Below are positions 39,721 to 53,696 of a stretch of 64,000 nt of DNA, in pieces (the stretch's first letter is position 1; each line of letters starts with the position of its first letter). Source of the DNA: Octopus bimaculoides (Eukaryota); contig NC_068997.1 of NCBI RefSeq assembly GCF_001194135.2, forward strand, positions 56,853,147-56,917,146. Reading direction: 5' to 3'. The notes under the pieces are model-generated. The model worked only from the letters and a program-made list of their open reading frames with translations, was not told the origin of the DNA and ran no database searches. Both the position numbers and the translations under genes were made by a program.

Positions 39721-42700
39721 TACTTCTCCAGCATTTTCCCACGGCATTAATAAACAATGAACCAGTGAAATATTTGCACGAGATTGTAATTATCATTTGA
39801 TATTTAGAAAATGACCAACAAGATCGGGTTTAGATTTAGTAGTGAAGTCTCTGTTACTAAAAATTAAATCTTAGGGCTTGTTATCAATTTACCGTCAAAG
39901 GAAAACTGTTTACTCTAAAAAACTAATGGAGATTGTGTGTGTTTGTCACACTCGTATATAGCTGTCATGTATTCTTGAAATCCTTGTGTATTGGTGAAAA
40001 GTACTTTTCTCTATCTGCCCCTCTTTCTCTCTCCCTACACGCACAAATGTTACACCTGTCTTTCTTTACGAATAGACACAAAAACGAACTCGCACACAAG
40101 CACAAATACGTGAGGTCTTTCATACAGACAGACATTGTGATACTGACGTCGACTGGAGCGGGAACAACTGTATGATTAGGACACTTTCTGGGCAACGCCA
40201 TGTTTTGCGTTCGATCCAGTTGAACATAGCATTAGGAAGGTGCCTCGATCAGTCACTTGCTGATTAATTGCACTGCGTGACTCAAGTGCTGTACGATTTA
40301 GCAGTCATTTGCATGTGTTTGATGCATTTCCAGATCAGTCTCTGTTCCTTTTACTTGTCCCCGAGAGCCTCTCAAATGTTAAAAGAATTCAACATAAGCA
40401 GCTTAAAACTATGATAAAACCGTCAAGTATTTTATTTTCCAGACGCACAACTATTTTATTCCATTTCTGGGACTTATTTTATCCATTATCATCTGCCTTT
40501 CAAAGATGGAGACTTTTGAATTGAAAGAAATTTAGCTGCTATTTCTAAAGGACAGCAAACCAACTGAGGCTCTTTTTTAGTTCAAAAATATTATCACAAA
40601 CGAAACATATTAACGTCTTATGCAGTATTGGATGGAAAATGGCTGATTTCTCATTAAAGACAGAGAAAGCCCTTTGTTAAAGAGTATGAAATCACTGAGG
40701 CCGCTTATGATTTTTCCGTCCTCAGCTGAAGACTGTAAAATTTGCTTGGTTTCACACCAGATTTTGGTTCAAAGTGTAATAAAAATCTCTACATTTTGAA
40801 AAAAAAATGTATTTTTTNNNNNNNNNNNNNNNNNNNNNNNNNNNNNNNNNNNNNNNNNNNNNNNNNNNNNNNNNNNNNNNNNNNNNNNNNNNNNNNNNNN
40901 NNNNNNNNNNNNNNNNNNNNNNNNNNNNNNNNNNNNNNNNNNNNNNNNNNNNNNNNNNNNNNNNNNNNNNNNNNNNNNNNNNNNNNNNNNNNNNNNNNNN
41001 NNNNNNNNNNNNNNNNNNNNNNNNNNNNNNNNNNNNNNNNNNNNNNNNNNNNNNNNNNNNNATATATATATATATATATAGGGAGATGCATATTTTCTGA
41101 CTTATGCATTGCATACAATACTTGCATATTGTATTTATGCCAACACATACTAAAATATACTCACATTGCACAAAGACGCACATGCATATATTCATAAATT
41201 TATATCCATGAATATTATAGTGTGCATATGAATTTATGTATATCTAGATGAATATTGTTATACATCATTTGATTAATGCAACCTAAGGATAATGTAATGT
41301 AGGTTTATGCATTTACCTATTCATTGCCAATCTGCATATTTTCTGTAAAGAATCTCGAGAGCAACAAAGGCCGGCACTTTTGTAGAAGATTTATCATAAT
41401 TATGTGTTGATTTCTTTACAACAAATAAGTCAATGAAAGCAAGAATCAATAAAGTCTACTATATGTTTTTAAAGGATTTTCGTTTATTGAAGCTATCAAA
41501 CACTTAACAATAAATTTTGTAAGAATATAATATTCTCTTCTAAGAAACATCGGTTCGTTTGCTGCATATACCAAGTATAAAATACCATGTAATATTTGAT
41601 TTTGTACACAGGAATGGTGTGTGGTTAACACCAATACTGTCATACTTTATTGTTGCGCACGCAAACATGGGATGTAGTTAACAAGTTTCTTTGTCAGATT
41701 CATTCTTTCAATATAGATACCATGTTACTGCCACTGGAGCATGTTGTGTATTCTACCCTAGCTTAGGGCATGACAAGGTCTTCTGTTAGAATTTCAGCGG
41801 ACAGAAATTGGGGGCAACCCCAAAGGACGGTGTATGCTTGTTCTTAGATTGTGGAATTCATCACTCAGCCGATTTAAGCCCATCACCCTAAAGACCCTTT
41901 AAGGGGTCCTTTACTGTCATCCAGTATGTTAGAAACCATTCATACATGTCTCTGTTGAAGAAATATGTCCCTCCCTTCCTTGCACCAGTTACAGTAACCC
42001 TGAAAATTATCCTGAAAATTCCGCCTCTTTTGACTAATCCATAATACAAAATATAAAATGGTAGGACAAGTTTTGAAGACCAAGGTTCAGACAGTTTCAA
42101 TTCCTTATTAATGTCAATTAAATTCACCTATGCACATAATTGTTTTTGGAAGAGTTAGAAGGTAGGAAGATTGCACTGCATTCTCATAGAAATTAAATGT
42201 ATCTGCAGCGAAAGAACAGGATTCAGTGATGCTAGGTTTCACATTAAATTTTTGTTTTATTCCAAGTTTAGAGTTATCAGAAGAACCCAACTAAATGGTA
42301 AATAAGAGAATAACAGAATAAGAATCTTGATTACCAAATTACACAATTTCTATTTGTTCTGTTGCTAACGAATCAACTTGTAAGTATAAGTATGCTCTCA
42401 CACAACCGACTGGATCGACTCAAGAAAATGGTCTTGGAAAGATACATTCAATGTATTTCTTTTTAGTTGATATTCTAGGAAATCTTTCAAGTGTCCTAAA
42501 CAACCAAATTAAGTTAGTTCTCCATTAATCTTGCTTAGTCACTTGTAATTTAATTACTTAGATTTTTTAACATAAAAGCATTTTGGATTAATTGATTGTG
42601 TTAACATTAAAGTCTCTAACAAAGCTGGCTGTACGTCGAGTGTAATTTCGATATTTAACAAAACAATGTTTTTCAAAAGTGAAGACAAAATATATACAAA

Positions 42701-42895
42701 ACTTAAAATTAAACAAAAAAAAAAAACTTTAGGGGAAAAAAATGAGAGATGTTGGACAGATTTTATGTAAATATATTGTATTCTGATAAATTTAGTATAG
42801 CCCTTGGGAAGCGTCTACTTTGTTAGTCGACCTGCTAGAAATAGTAGCCAAATCCCTCAAATTTAAAGGTTTAAGGTAGCCAAATCTCACTTAAC

Positions 42896-42965
<70 letters not shown>

Positions 42966-43691
42966 GTGAGTGCGTGTATATTAGATATGTCAGGCTTGGC
43001 TTGCCTTTCATCATAGATCTGATCAAACATGTGTTACTAAAAATAACAGCTAAATGATTTTTCTATGATTTAAACCACAAGGACCAATTATAAAATGTTT
43101 AGCGGGCGGCAGATGGTCTTCTATGATATATATAAAACAGTATTTTATTAACGGTAGTAAAATAGGCTTTAGCTTTATCACATTCAGAAGAAAAGTGTAA
43201 TTTAAAAAGATATCATGCGGGGCCTTATTAGTATGTGAAAAAAAAAACTACATCTGTATGTTTAATAGCTGTTGGATTGCTTTTAGATAATTTGGCCTCA
43301 CGTAACACACCAAGAACATCTGAGTTTACCGGAGATAGTTAAACTTATGCTATAGGCAATGGTTGGAAATAACATTTATGACGATTAACGGAAATGACAA
43401 CCTGAAAATGAACTTGTATTACAGATTCGAATTGTTTTAGACACAGATGTGATTACATGTTAATGACACGGCATTTAATGGATATCAAATGGCGATGCAC
43501 ATTGCATCGCAGTGTAACATTGACTAAAGATTTTATATGATTACTGCAGTGCTGTATGTATTTGCAGATTAAACTCTAAATATAAGATATAGACTAAGAG
43601 AAACAGAAAATACTAGGCTTAACTCTTCGTTGATAAATTCTTTACCAAATACGTTATTTTCAGAATCACACACATACAGACAGACAACAGA

Positions 43692-43725
<34 letters not shown>

Positions 43726-45248
43726 TGTGTGAGTGTTCATCTACATTTGTTTTGGAAACAGTTATGTATCACTGCTTATACAGAGAAGAATTATGTCCCC
43801 GTATATAAAGAGTATGATAAACATAAGATGGATGAATTCTCGTTGCAAGAGATATTGAAGTTCCAGTTCCAAAATTAATGGTTTATTTGGTTTCATATTT
43901 CAATGAATGAAATTTTAGATGTTTTCAAAAACTGACACCAATTGGAGAGGAATGAAATTAAAATCTCTTTAAAACTGAAATTAAGTTTCACTGAAAGCCC
44001 AATAGAATCATTGCTTCTGCTTCGTACTTAACTTAATTTTTAAATTGAAACTCGTGTTGATAATTCTTAAAACCGTTTTGTTTAGTAAATTAAAAATATC
44101 AAATTCCAAAGAAAATTAAATAAGCTATCAAATGAAATTTTCTAGTCTTCAAGACTTCCATCTTTATAAACAGTTCACAGTTTATGCACTCGTGTTTTAA
44201 TCGTATGTCTGGCGATTAAAATAGAATTCTTAGACATTCTCCCTCTTGTATATTTATGTCTAGAGCGTAATATTTGAAATGTTTTTTATGAAGCCTTCAA
44301 TATTACACTCCAGATGATATTTAAAAATACGTCTGAATATCTTCTACAAGATTAACCTGCCACAGACGGTATGTAATTAACATATTTACAATTTACGCTT
44401 TCGATCAAATGCAAACACCCCTGCATAATGATGTTACTTAAAGAAGGTGGTGCCACTTTGACAAAAGTCGACCTATGTTTTTTTTTTTCCTTTAACCAAT
44501 TAGATCTTTACACGGGGTTTCAAAAGTAGGTATACAGTTATGAAGAAAGAAAACAAACACGTGCAATACTCATTTAGTTTTATCAAATAATTAAGTTAGC
44601 CTCATTCTTTACTTTTTTCAGTGCCATTAATCATAGTACATTTATCTTGACTATGATAATATCTTTATCGTAACTTTTTTTTTGGGGGGGGGGGCTGAAA
44701 ATAAATGATTATAGTATGTATTTTCTCTTTTCATGACTGTATGCCTACATTTGCCACCGCTGAATATACATACAAATATACATATATATATATATATATA
44801 TACACACATACATGCATACATACATAAAGTTTGCATACATGAGGGTGATAACATGATACAACTTCGAAGGCAGCTCTTTGAGTAGCATTCCTTGTCTGAT
44901 AAACTTAAATACATGTTCAAAAATATCGGACAACTCTACCGCACACTGCCGCTTGTTAAATATTCTAGTTATCAATCTTTTCACATCTTATGCTGGTGAT
45001 GTTTATTGATATTGTTTTCTCACTTTAAATGTTTATTTACTATAAAATGTGAAGAATAAAATCGAGAGAATAATATTTATTCTAGAGAATGTTTAAAGAA
45101 ATACTGCTTCAAACGTACAGTATAATAATGAAATGATGATGAAATTAAAAATATTCTTAAATAAAGATACATGAAGGTGAAAGTAAAAATCCCAGATCAG
45201 TTGTGTATGCGCGCTTGTATGTGTTGGGGTGGGTATGTACCATTTCAG

Positions 45249-45319
45249 AACGTTGCTGCATTTACCATTTGTTGGTATATTCCAGGGCCCTCCCGAGCAA
45301 CCTGTCCAACAGTGTCCCA
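45249..45319 (+). CDS. Candidate exon, with an alternative internal acceptor at 45286
   Basis: catttcag|AACG...GTCCCA|gtaagc. GC-elevated and all three frames open, e.g. xRCCIYHLLVYSRALPSNLSNSVP or NVAAFTICWYIPGPSRATCPTVS. Confidence 0.35.
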
Positions 45320-48300
45320 GTAAGCAGGGTATAACTCGGAAAAATCGAGCCACATGGTCAAATAGTATGAGATGTTACTTGTACGATTCGTGGGTGCCAG
45401 CGAAGACTGTAAAAATATCAACACGTTTTTATAAGAAACTTATCTGAGAGTTAATGTTTTATGGCAAAATTGCCCGCCCAATTTCAAGCTTGTTGGGTTA
45501 CAATTTGTTAATATCAAAACCTATTTTCAATCCATAATCCGAAGATAGCACTTAATGGTTTTGCGTGAAATAGGAATGTAGCTGAAATGGGTAAGAATTC
45601 AATAAAAGTAAAAATGAGTTGATATTGGGTTTAAACGGAAATTTAATGTTCAAACCACACGCGATAGTGAAATGTTACCTAAGATATCACGGAAGTTTTT
45701 TTTTTTTTACATAAGGATTGATTTTATATTAGTCATTTAGAGAAGATAAAACATACGGAAGTGAAATGATTTTAGATTTAAAGAACGTTATTTAATGTTT
45801 AGATGACACAGTGGGTATTTGTCTATAAAATGAATATATTCAAAGAACATGATGGCGAGCATAATTATAACTAATGTGTTAGTTATTTGTGGCTCTATGA
45901 ACCGACATAAATCCAAAGAGCTTTTTCAGAGCCATAAAAGAGAAATTGATTGGTGTTGTGCCAAAAGCGCAGTGGATGTATAAATGGAGTGATGTTGAAA
46001 GCTTAATATTAGCTGATGTGTTGATAGATAGGATACGGTAAAAATAACATGGAGTAGTATACTTGATTAATATATAAAAGCTATTCAGATTGTTATAGTT
46101 TCCTTGAAATAGAAATTTATGCAAACCAAGTAATAGAATTAATATCGATGCTAGTGTATGTTGGATTAATGAATGTATATTAGCATAACGAAATGTTTCA
46201 TTGCTCGGATATTCTAACACATCAAGCATCATCATATAATGTGACCGTAGTATATATGAGAATGTCTGTGGGTTGGAATGGTTTATCTAATAAGACAAAT
46301 CGTTTTTGTTTCCGAAGATAAGATAATTTTCATTCAAGCACAAAGAAAAATTATTACATTATTTGCTAATTAAAGGGTCCTCAGAAATCGGAATAAAATA
46401 TTAAAAAATGAATTCAAAATGGTTATTTGTTGGTGCTAAGTCGCACGTTTGTAGGGATTGAGAAGAGTTTGTCTATGAAAAACCAAAAAGACAAAAACAT
46501 GTCAACAAGCTTCACATGAAAAAAAGAAAATAGATCTGAGCAAACATTTAATGCTTCTTTAATTAGTTTCTAAATTTAGTTTAGAATATTGTTGTTCAAC
46601 AAAAATGCTGTTCAATGTTCAAAGTTTATCCATCTATATCGTATTTTTTTTGTATATCAAGAAGTATTTTGTCCAATGAAATTTTGCTACAGTTTTGGCA
46701 TGGAATAACACCGGCTCATGCAGCGTTGTATGTAGAAATTTTATAAATTACTAAACAAGTAACTGAATAGATTTTTACTAATGAACAACACATGATCTCA
46801 TTGACTCTTCTGCTACTTTCTGTTAATTGAACGCAATTCATAAAAGTCAGCAAATTATTGGAAAAGAAATCAGAATGAATGTTTCGTAAATAAATGCGGC
46901 ACAAATTTCTGTAGGATGCGCCAGCAACTGTGACACCAAAATACCTTTGTGATGTTATAAATAAGGATTTTTGTCTCAGGAAAATGTGCCAGAAACTTGG
47001 TTTGGGGGAGACAGTCAGTTTAATCGACTTAATTCAGATTGACCTCGGTGGGGTTTGAACTCAGAACGTTTTCGCAATTATCTCAAATCCATTCTATTTA
47101 TATGCTATTAATTATAAGACCAATATTTATTAATGACTGTTTTCATTATCTTTAAATACGATTTCAAATATCATTAGCCAGAGTTTAAGATAAATATTTC
47201 CAACAAATCTGTGCTAAATACCGATAGGCAAACTCATTTCTCAACGGCTTGATCTGTTATAGCATGATATATTTACAATTTATATATGTGATATGGTAAC
47301 CAATATATCTTTCCTGGCATAAGGTACTTGATATTATTCAGCATAGATTCTTGTAATGAGTGAAAATTATGGACGCTTTGTGATTTTGCTCCATCTAAAT
47401 TAGCTTATCTACAAACATAGAGAAGGAACTATGAAATGTAATTTCAGATTAACACAGATTCCAAGTTTGCAACTGTTAATTAACAATATTCAGTGGAAAG
47501 TAACTGCGTTTAGAGAGGTGAAGAGAAAAGTGCAGCATCTAATTTAAGCCTAGAGTGATGTATTTCAAGTGATAAAACAAGTTGTGCAACAAATTATACC
47601 ACTAATATAGATTCTCTGTAACATATCTAAAATTTGCTCGCAAGTAGAGAAAATAATTTTAAAAAGTGATTATACAACGCATTTCCCCGATCTATTATTT
47701 GTATATAAGAAACAATACATTTGAAAAGAAATGAGTTTTTTTGTTTAGTTAGTTGTAATGTTTAACTGAAAATGATTGAGATTATTTTCTAAACACTTTT
47801 CCAGTCTATTGTTTCCAACTAAAACATATTTTGCAGGCTTGAAACGAAACATTAATATAAACAATTGAAGTTCTAATGAGTTTTATTCCTTTGTTTTTGG
47901 TCATTTAAAGATGATCTAAATTTCAAGTAGAGCTTATCATTGGTTGATATTTCACAATGTGATTTCAATTTCCAACCGTTCGAAAAAAGCCGAAGCTATT
48001 TCTCAGTAGATTACACACTTTTGACCTAAAGTATACAAGTTCGTAATGGCTGAAATTTTGATAATGAAGTTTTGTTCGATTTTATTGTAATTTATGCTCC
48101 TTATTATTTTTTTAAATGAAATATTTGGCCTTCTTCTTTTGGTACCTGAAGGAATTATGTACACACAAATTCAAGCACATACATACACACGCATACTTAT
48201 ACATATGTGTATGCTTCTGTGTGCATGCATGTGTTACGTTAAGCATTCGATACTTTTCGAGGTGAATCTGCTTTATAAAATACTTTTATTTTCACTTGTT

Positions 48301-48353
48301 ATTCCTTTATTTTTTACTTTTGAGCAGTACGACACAGTACACCTAAAACCTAG

Positions 48354-48448
48354 ATATGCTGTGCCATGACAAGTGGGCTGGAATGAATTGCAATTATCGG
48401 GCAAACGCCAAAATTGTATTGAGATTCAGTCTTGCCGGTGATGGTAGT
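48354..48448 (+). CDS. Candidate exon with a motif like an EGF C-terminus
   Basis: cctag|AT ATG CTG TGC CAT GAC AAG TGG GCT GGA ATG AAT TGC ... AGT|gtaagt, reading xMLCHDKWAGMNCNYRANAKIVLRFSLAGDGS. The acceptor is weak. Confidence 0.22.
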
Positions 48449-49129
48449 GTAAGTGCGTGTGTTTGGGGTGGTAGAAGTTGCGACGTTGTTGTTGTTCTTG
48501 GTGGTGGTGGTGGCAGCGGTGGTGGTGGTGGCTGGTAACTGGAGTAATGGTAGCCGTGTACGTGATGTTCGTATTGTTAGTGGTTTTAGTTATATAATAA
48601 TTAAAAGGGTTTTAAAAAAAGATGGCGGGAGCACTAAAAGGGACATAGATGTCGCACGACTATCCCTTTACCAACACGGGTGTATACTGTGTGTGAGTGA
48701 TATACTGACAATGAATGTATAACATTTGTGGGTGTATTCTTAACTGTATTTCTCAATGTATTAGCTTGTATACATTATTTATGAGTGAAGCGGTGCATGT
48801 TGATAGTAAATCTGATAATTGCAAGTCATCTCTGTAACAATTCCACCGTTGCAACTTATTCATTAGTTTGGAACATTGAAATCTCAACATAAATACTCTT
48901 GGACAACTACAGAAGCCCTAAACTCCGATGTCGTGACAATCCCCATGTGAAGCACTCTTCTGGAATTAAAGAGATATATACATGATTCCATTTGAGACAC
49001 AAACACACCAAATTATATTGAGCAATAATTTATGAATTACCACAGTAGGGACTCCATGTTTATTTTAAATACCACCATTGAACTTCATCACTTCACCCCA
49101 CCATCTTAACGAAATTTGGCATCGTACAT

Positions 49130-49390
49130 AGTCAAAAGTCTGATGGGAATATTTTATTTTCTGTTGCATATCTGATAAAAGTTAACCGAGAGAATAATCT
49201 GTTCTCGATCAGATACATTGATTTAATACCAGTCCAGAAGTTATTTAACGGAAATTTGATCGAAGTTATTCTGTTGGTGACAATCCCTTTTGTACAGCAA
49301 ATGAACATAGGATTACTTGAGCCAATATGTCTTTTTTTTATTTTTAGAAATTTCAAAGCGTAGAATGAGGCCAATTTGGGTATCATTTCG
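49130..49390 (-). mobile_element. Possible decayed CR1-like LINE fragment (after RT domain 7)
   Basis: KLASFYALKFLKIKKRHIGSSNPMF resembles W...WQLKFN.DKCKVMHIG..NP.F. Confidence 0.3.
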
Positions 49391-50829
49391 GTGATCTCTT
49401 ATAGTCCGTTTCGTCGGTCCGACAGACGAAATTGGAGCGCTGAACGACATTCCGTAATGGTAATAATAATAAGGATCATTTGAACTGCTGGCAGTCTAAA
49501 ATCTGTCATACACAGGTGACAATCTACTGTCAGACTCTTCTACTTCGTCTCAACAAAATTAGTGAAGAAATTTAAATGATGATTTTGCAAAAGTTTCATT
49601 TAACACTAAAACATTGAAGAATTTACAATTATTTAGAAATTAGTTCTGACTATGAATTAGAGAAAGTAATTAAGTAAAAATTCAAATTATTAAATTGTAA
49701 AATAAGATTGATAAATATTTTGAACAGTTAATAAAAAAAAAGCAACAAAAACACAATTTAATCACACACATGTAAGAACAAGAATCTGTATTGAATTGCA
49801 ATAACTTAAAGATTCTCAACTGAATATTGAAAACAAAAACAGAAAGAAAAGATAATGAAACGAAGAAATTATATTACTTTGACTAAAGTGCTGAATCAAT
49901 AAGACTTCTTCTTGGTAAATAAACTAAGAAATCAATCTGAATAGCAGTTATTTGAAAAAAAGTTAAATTTTCAATGAAATGTCTGCGAAATGTACAAAAA
50001 TACAGAATAAAATATATGAATACATAAATGTAACAAAGAAGAAAAAGTTGAAGGAAAAGAAAAAGGAGACGGAGTAGATAAGGTAGTGAAAGAAGAAGAA
50101 ATAGAAGATAGAGTAGAACAAGAAGCCGACGAAGTGGTGGTGGTAAGACAAGACGAAAAAGAGGATGAAGTAGACAAGAAGAATAAAAAGGTAAAGAAGG
50201 AGAAAATAAATATTATTTAATGTTATCTAGAAAATAAACGAAGTTGCTGCTCGAAATTTGTAAAGCATTAAAACACCACAACAAATAAAAGAAAATTAGG
50301 AGAAAAAAAGTGCCACAATTATATCTAATGACCCTCAATAAATTCATAAGAATCGATGAAAGGTGTGCATAAATTGAACACATCAGATTTAATATCTAAA
50401 TACTTTGTTTAATAACGCTATACATTTTTCTATATAGGGATCTGGGTAAGGAAGAATGTTAGTTTTTAAATAGTAGAGGGTGGAAGTTATATCTACTCAA
50501 TAAATTCGAAAAACTAACAACTATCAGAGTTAATATATCTTGGTTATAACTTGTTTTAAATAGGTATACCCCTCATCACAATTGTGTGACCAACAACAAA
50601 TTTACAGAATCGATCAGAATTAGCTTTTACATTTTGAAGATATTAATATTATTAGATGAGAAATGTGATATTCAATCATCATATATATATATATATATAT
50701 ATATAAGATAATCTTTATATCCCATTTAACGTGGATGTCTTGTTAGAACACCGAATACTGAATTATTAGCCTTCAGAGATCCTCTCATGTAGGTGCTTGG
50801 TGCATAAAAGTACACACGTAGATCGTAGT

Positions 50830-50960
50830 ACACGATTCTGTCAGCTCGTTACGCGGCTTGCTCTTAATATTAACAGACAACTTAAGTCGGCGAGCTGGCT
50901 GAACCGTTAATATGACTGGGAAAATACTTAGCGGCATTTCCTCCGTCTTTACGCTCTGCC
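50830..50960. mobile_element. Two SINE heads (family of 19329) arranged head-to-head
   Basis: gattctgtcagctcg...cttaatatt (- head), followed by cttaagtcggcgagctggctgaaccgtt...cttagcggcatttcctccgtctttacgctctg (+ head). Confidence 0.65.
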
Positions 50961-51075
50961 TTATATTGTTTGGAATATTATGTATGATCAGAAAAAAGAA
51001 TTTTTAATTTTGATGTAATGTACTCATTTAATCTATTAATAGATTCCGTTGGAAGCAGCTGTAATAAAGTGACAC

Positions 51076-51226
51076 TTAACCCTCGTTTGTTATTCATTTG
51101 TTAATAATACACCTCACTAGAATCCCGACCAGGGAGAGATGCTAGAGTGTATCAGATACTGTACGATCAATACAACGTACACGTTCCGATGATCCCATAA
51201 GCTATTAAAACACACACAAGGGTTAA
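51076..51226. mobile_element. piggyBac-like MITE
   Basis: TTAA|CCCTCGTTTGT ... ACACACAAGGG|TTAA. TTAA at both ends, CCCT termini, 11-bp TIR with 2 mismatches. Confidence 0.55.
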
Positions 51227-51852
51227 ACACTCTGTATACATACCCTGTTTATTTCACTGGATCTACTTCGATGCCAATCAGATTTATTCAACTTGTGCTG
51301 CTGTTTATCCAAATACTTGATTCATTCTAATCCTTAATATTGGATATGTACGTATGTACGTATGTGTGTGTGTGTGTACCCTCTCCAACAGCAGCCCAAT
51401 TCCTTTATCCTTGTAACAACTATTTTGACCAACTTCTCACCCCCACTCTATCACCCCTTCATCTCTCATTCCTCTCTACATAACTTACTAATTTCCGTCA
51501 ACCACTGAACCAGTCAACTTATTTCCCTCAAATGATAGCCATTCCCATTTTCAATATCACATCTTTTAAATCTATAGACTTCATCCAAAATAATACAATG
51601 GTTAACATTCACATAGTACCTAAACCACCCTTCGCTCTTCCTCCCACCTTCTACCTCTGCTACTAGCCTCATTAATAACCCCTCACCTTGAAGTTTACTT
51701 TCTCCTCCCACTACTCATTCTAATTCACTTAATTCTGCACGGAATCATTCCATCTTTAAGCTCCTTTCTGTCAACACCTCTATTGCAAAATTCTTCCCTG
51801 AAGAGAGAGGCTGATACTATCCGATGATGGAATCGGTTTACAGAAAATAATA

Positions 51853-52150
51853 ATGGCAGACCCTCAGATTACTCAAGAAATGAAGAAGCATGCTATTATT
51901 ATGGTTATTTATAAAGGCTGAGCGTGGTGATTTAGAAATAGCTCGAGTCTTAAAAGTTGCCAGATCTTTCGTCTACAAAGTTTGAAGGAGTTAGAGACTA
52001 AAGCTGGAAACGTATCACCAGTATCAAAAGCATCAAAAGCATTCTAAACGCTTCGAAATCATCAGAACACTTGAATTTATTCAGCAAATTCAGTAACCAT
52101 CAATTGCAATCCCAGAAGGTCAATTGAAAAAGCTTTCCAAGCTTTCGTCT
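51853..52150 (+). pseudogene. maT/DD37D-like transposase N-terminus, truncated and frameshifted
   Basis: MADPQITQEMKKHAIIMV / IKAERGDLEIARVLKVARSFVYKV* / ELETKAGNVSPVSK / KHSKRFEIIRTLEFIQQIQ, a typical HTH-bearing N-terminus of this family. Confidence 0.7.
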
Positions 52151-52314
52151 CTGATGATAGAATACCCAGTGTACAGACATGCTAGCCTAACATTTCAGAT
52201 ATCTCAGAAGACTTCAAATTAACCTTACCCTAATTAAATTATTATAAATGACTTGAGATTCCTGCCTGCGTTTTGATGTCCTTTCCCACTAATATATATA
52301 TATATATATATATA

Positions 52315-52366
<52 letters not shown>

Positions 52367-52370
52367 TAAG

Positions 52371-52685
52371 TGGAAAGTCATGTAGCTTTGTGGTTAGATC
52401 GTTGGTTTAATTCCCAGAGCGGGAGGCGTGTTGCATTCTTGCGGAAAACACTTCATTTCACGTAGCTCCAGACCAACCTGCTGAAACCCTAAAACGGATA
52501 ATACTGGCCTACTCGCCTACCCAGCGGGCGGGGAGGAGGCATCATTCAAAGCAAGAGCATTGTGACCAGCGATGTATAATAGCATTCGGTGTTCTGTTAC
52601 ATGCTTCAGTCATTAGATTGAGGCCATGCTGGAGCCACGCTTTGAAAACCTTTAAATGATTGAATGGACAGCAGTACTTACTTGT
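52371..52685. mobile_element. SINE (third family, +) followed by the 3' module of the 6165 family (-)
   Basis: gtggttagatcgttggtttaattcccag...acacttcatttcacgtagctcc, then cagtcattagattgaggccatgctggagc. Confidence 0.7.
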
Positions 52686-53049
52686 GTGTGTGTTATTTGA
52701 AAGTAGTGCCCTGGTCCATTACAAAATGATGTAAATTTTGAGCATATTGTGCTGTTATTTCTAGTATATCAAATGTCGATATGAAGGCACTTTGTTTATT
52801 CCTAGGTGTTTTCAGTGTTTTTCTTGTTGATTGAAATGGTTCTCTTTAGACTCAAGTCAATTGAAGAAAAAACGAAACGATGATTAAATTTTTATCCATA
52901 ACTGACTACACCATTTTTTTTGTGTATCTAATTATCCATTTTTATTGTGAAGTAGAAGGCCGTAATTTTAATGATATTTGACTGTTATTTCTCACCTGTC
53001 TAGGGACACCTAGGCTCTACTTAATCATAGCGGCGAGTTGGTAGGTTAA

Positions 53050-53370
53050 CTTGATTGCCACATTGTCGATGTTATATGAACCAATGTAGCAGGTTGACCT
53101 GGCAGGGATATCTTAGCCGGAGCTTAATGTTCTGTGGCATTTGGTCAAGTTCTTTGCGTTCCAACGGCAGGTTCAGCGACTGCGATGATATTGATTCCAA
53201 GCTGCAACACCTCTACCCTTGTGTGTCATTTAGACAGCATCCGTGGCGTGGAGCGGGCAGATAGCTATGGAGAGACAGCGGTTAATATTTTCTCAAAATA
53301 CACGTCGTCAGGCCTGTACATACAAATGCAGACACTTGGTCCACATGAACAGCGGCAGAGAACTGTCTGA
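53050..53370 (-). mobile_element. Possible decayed LINE AP-endonuclease
   Basis: Minus strand ICMYRPDDVYFEKILTAVS...QLGINIIAVAEPAVG resembles the ..YRPP and ...QIVTEPTRG motifs. GC-elevated, with stops. Confidence 0.28.
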
Positions 53371-53640
53371 ATTGTTAATCTGAAGTGTCAGATGCGTATT
53401 ATCCTATGGCAAAAAAAATATTTAACACCAATAAACTTGCTTCCTATCGTGATTTTATTTCAGATTTCTCATCCTGCTGCAGTGACGCCAAATATAAGAA
53501 CAATTGCAATATATTGATAGAACAGTTTCTCTCAGTTTTCCTAGCAATCTTCTATACCAATGGAGACTGCCCATAAATATGAGGTCCGTAGTTTACTTGG
53601 TTAACAGAAGATACTTACTTTTTCCTTCCGGGTCTTTCAG

Positions 53641-53696
53641 TGGAAGAATATAAGATGGGTATATACTGTGACAACAATGTGTTATTGCGCAAATTT
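53641..53696 (+). CDS. Candidate coding exon
   Basis: ctttttccttccgggtctttcag|TGG...AATTT|gtaaga. Reads WKNIRWVYTVTTMCYCAN+TT (phase 0 to 2, joins 54620 in frame) or xEEYKMGIYCDNNVLLRKF. Confidence 0.4.

Noticed and set aside
49405-49436. Hairpin tttcgtc...gacgaaa, considered as a hammerhead or terminator
   Set aside because: No CUGANGA core in the correct position on either strand, and short hairpins are expected by chance.
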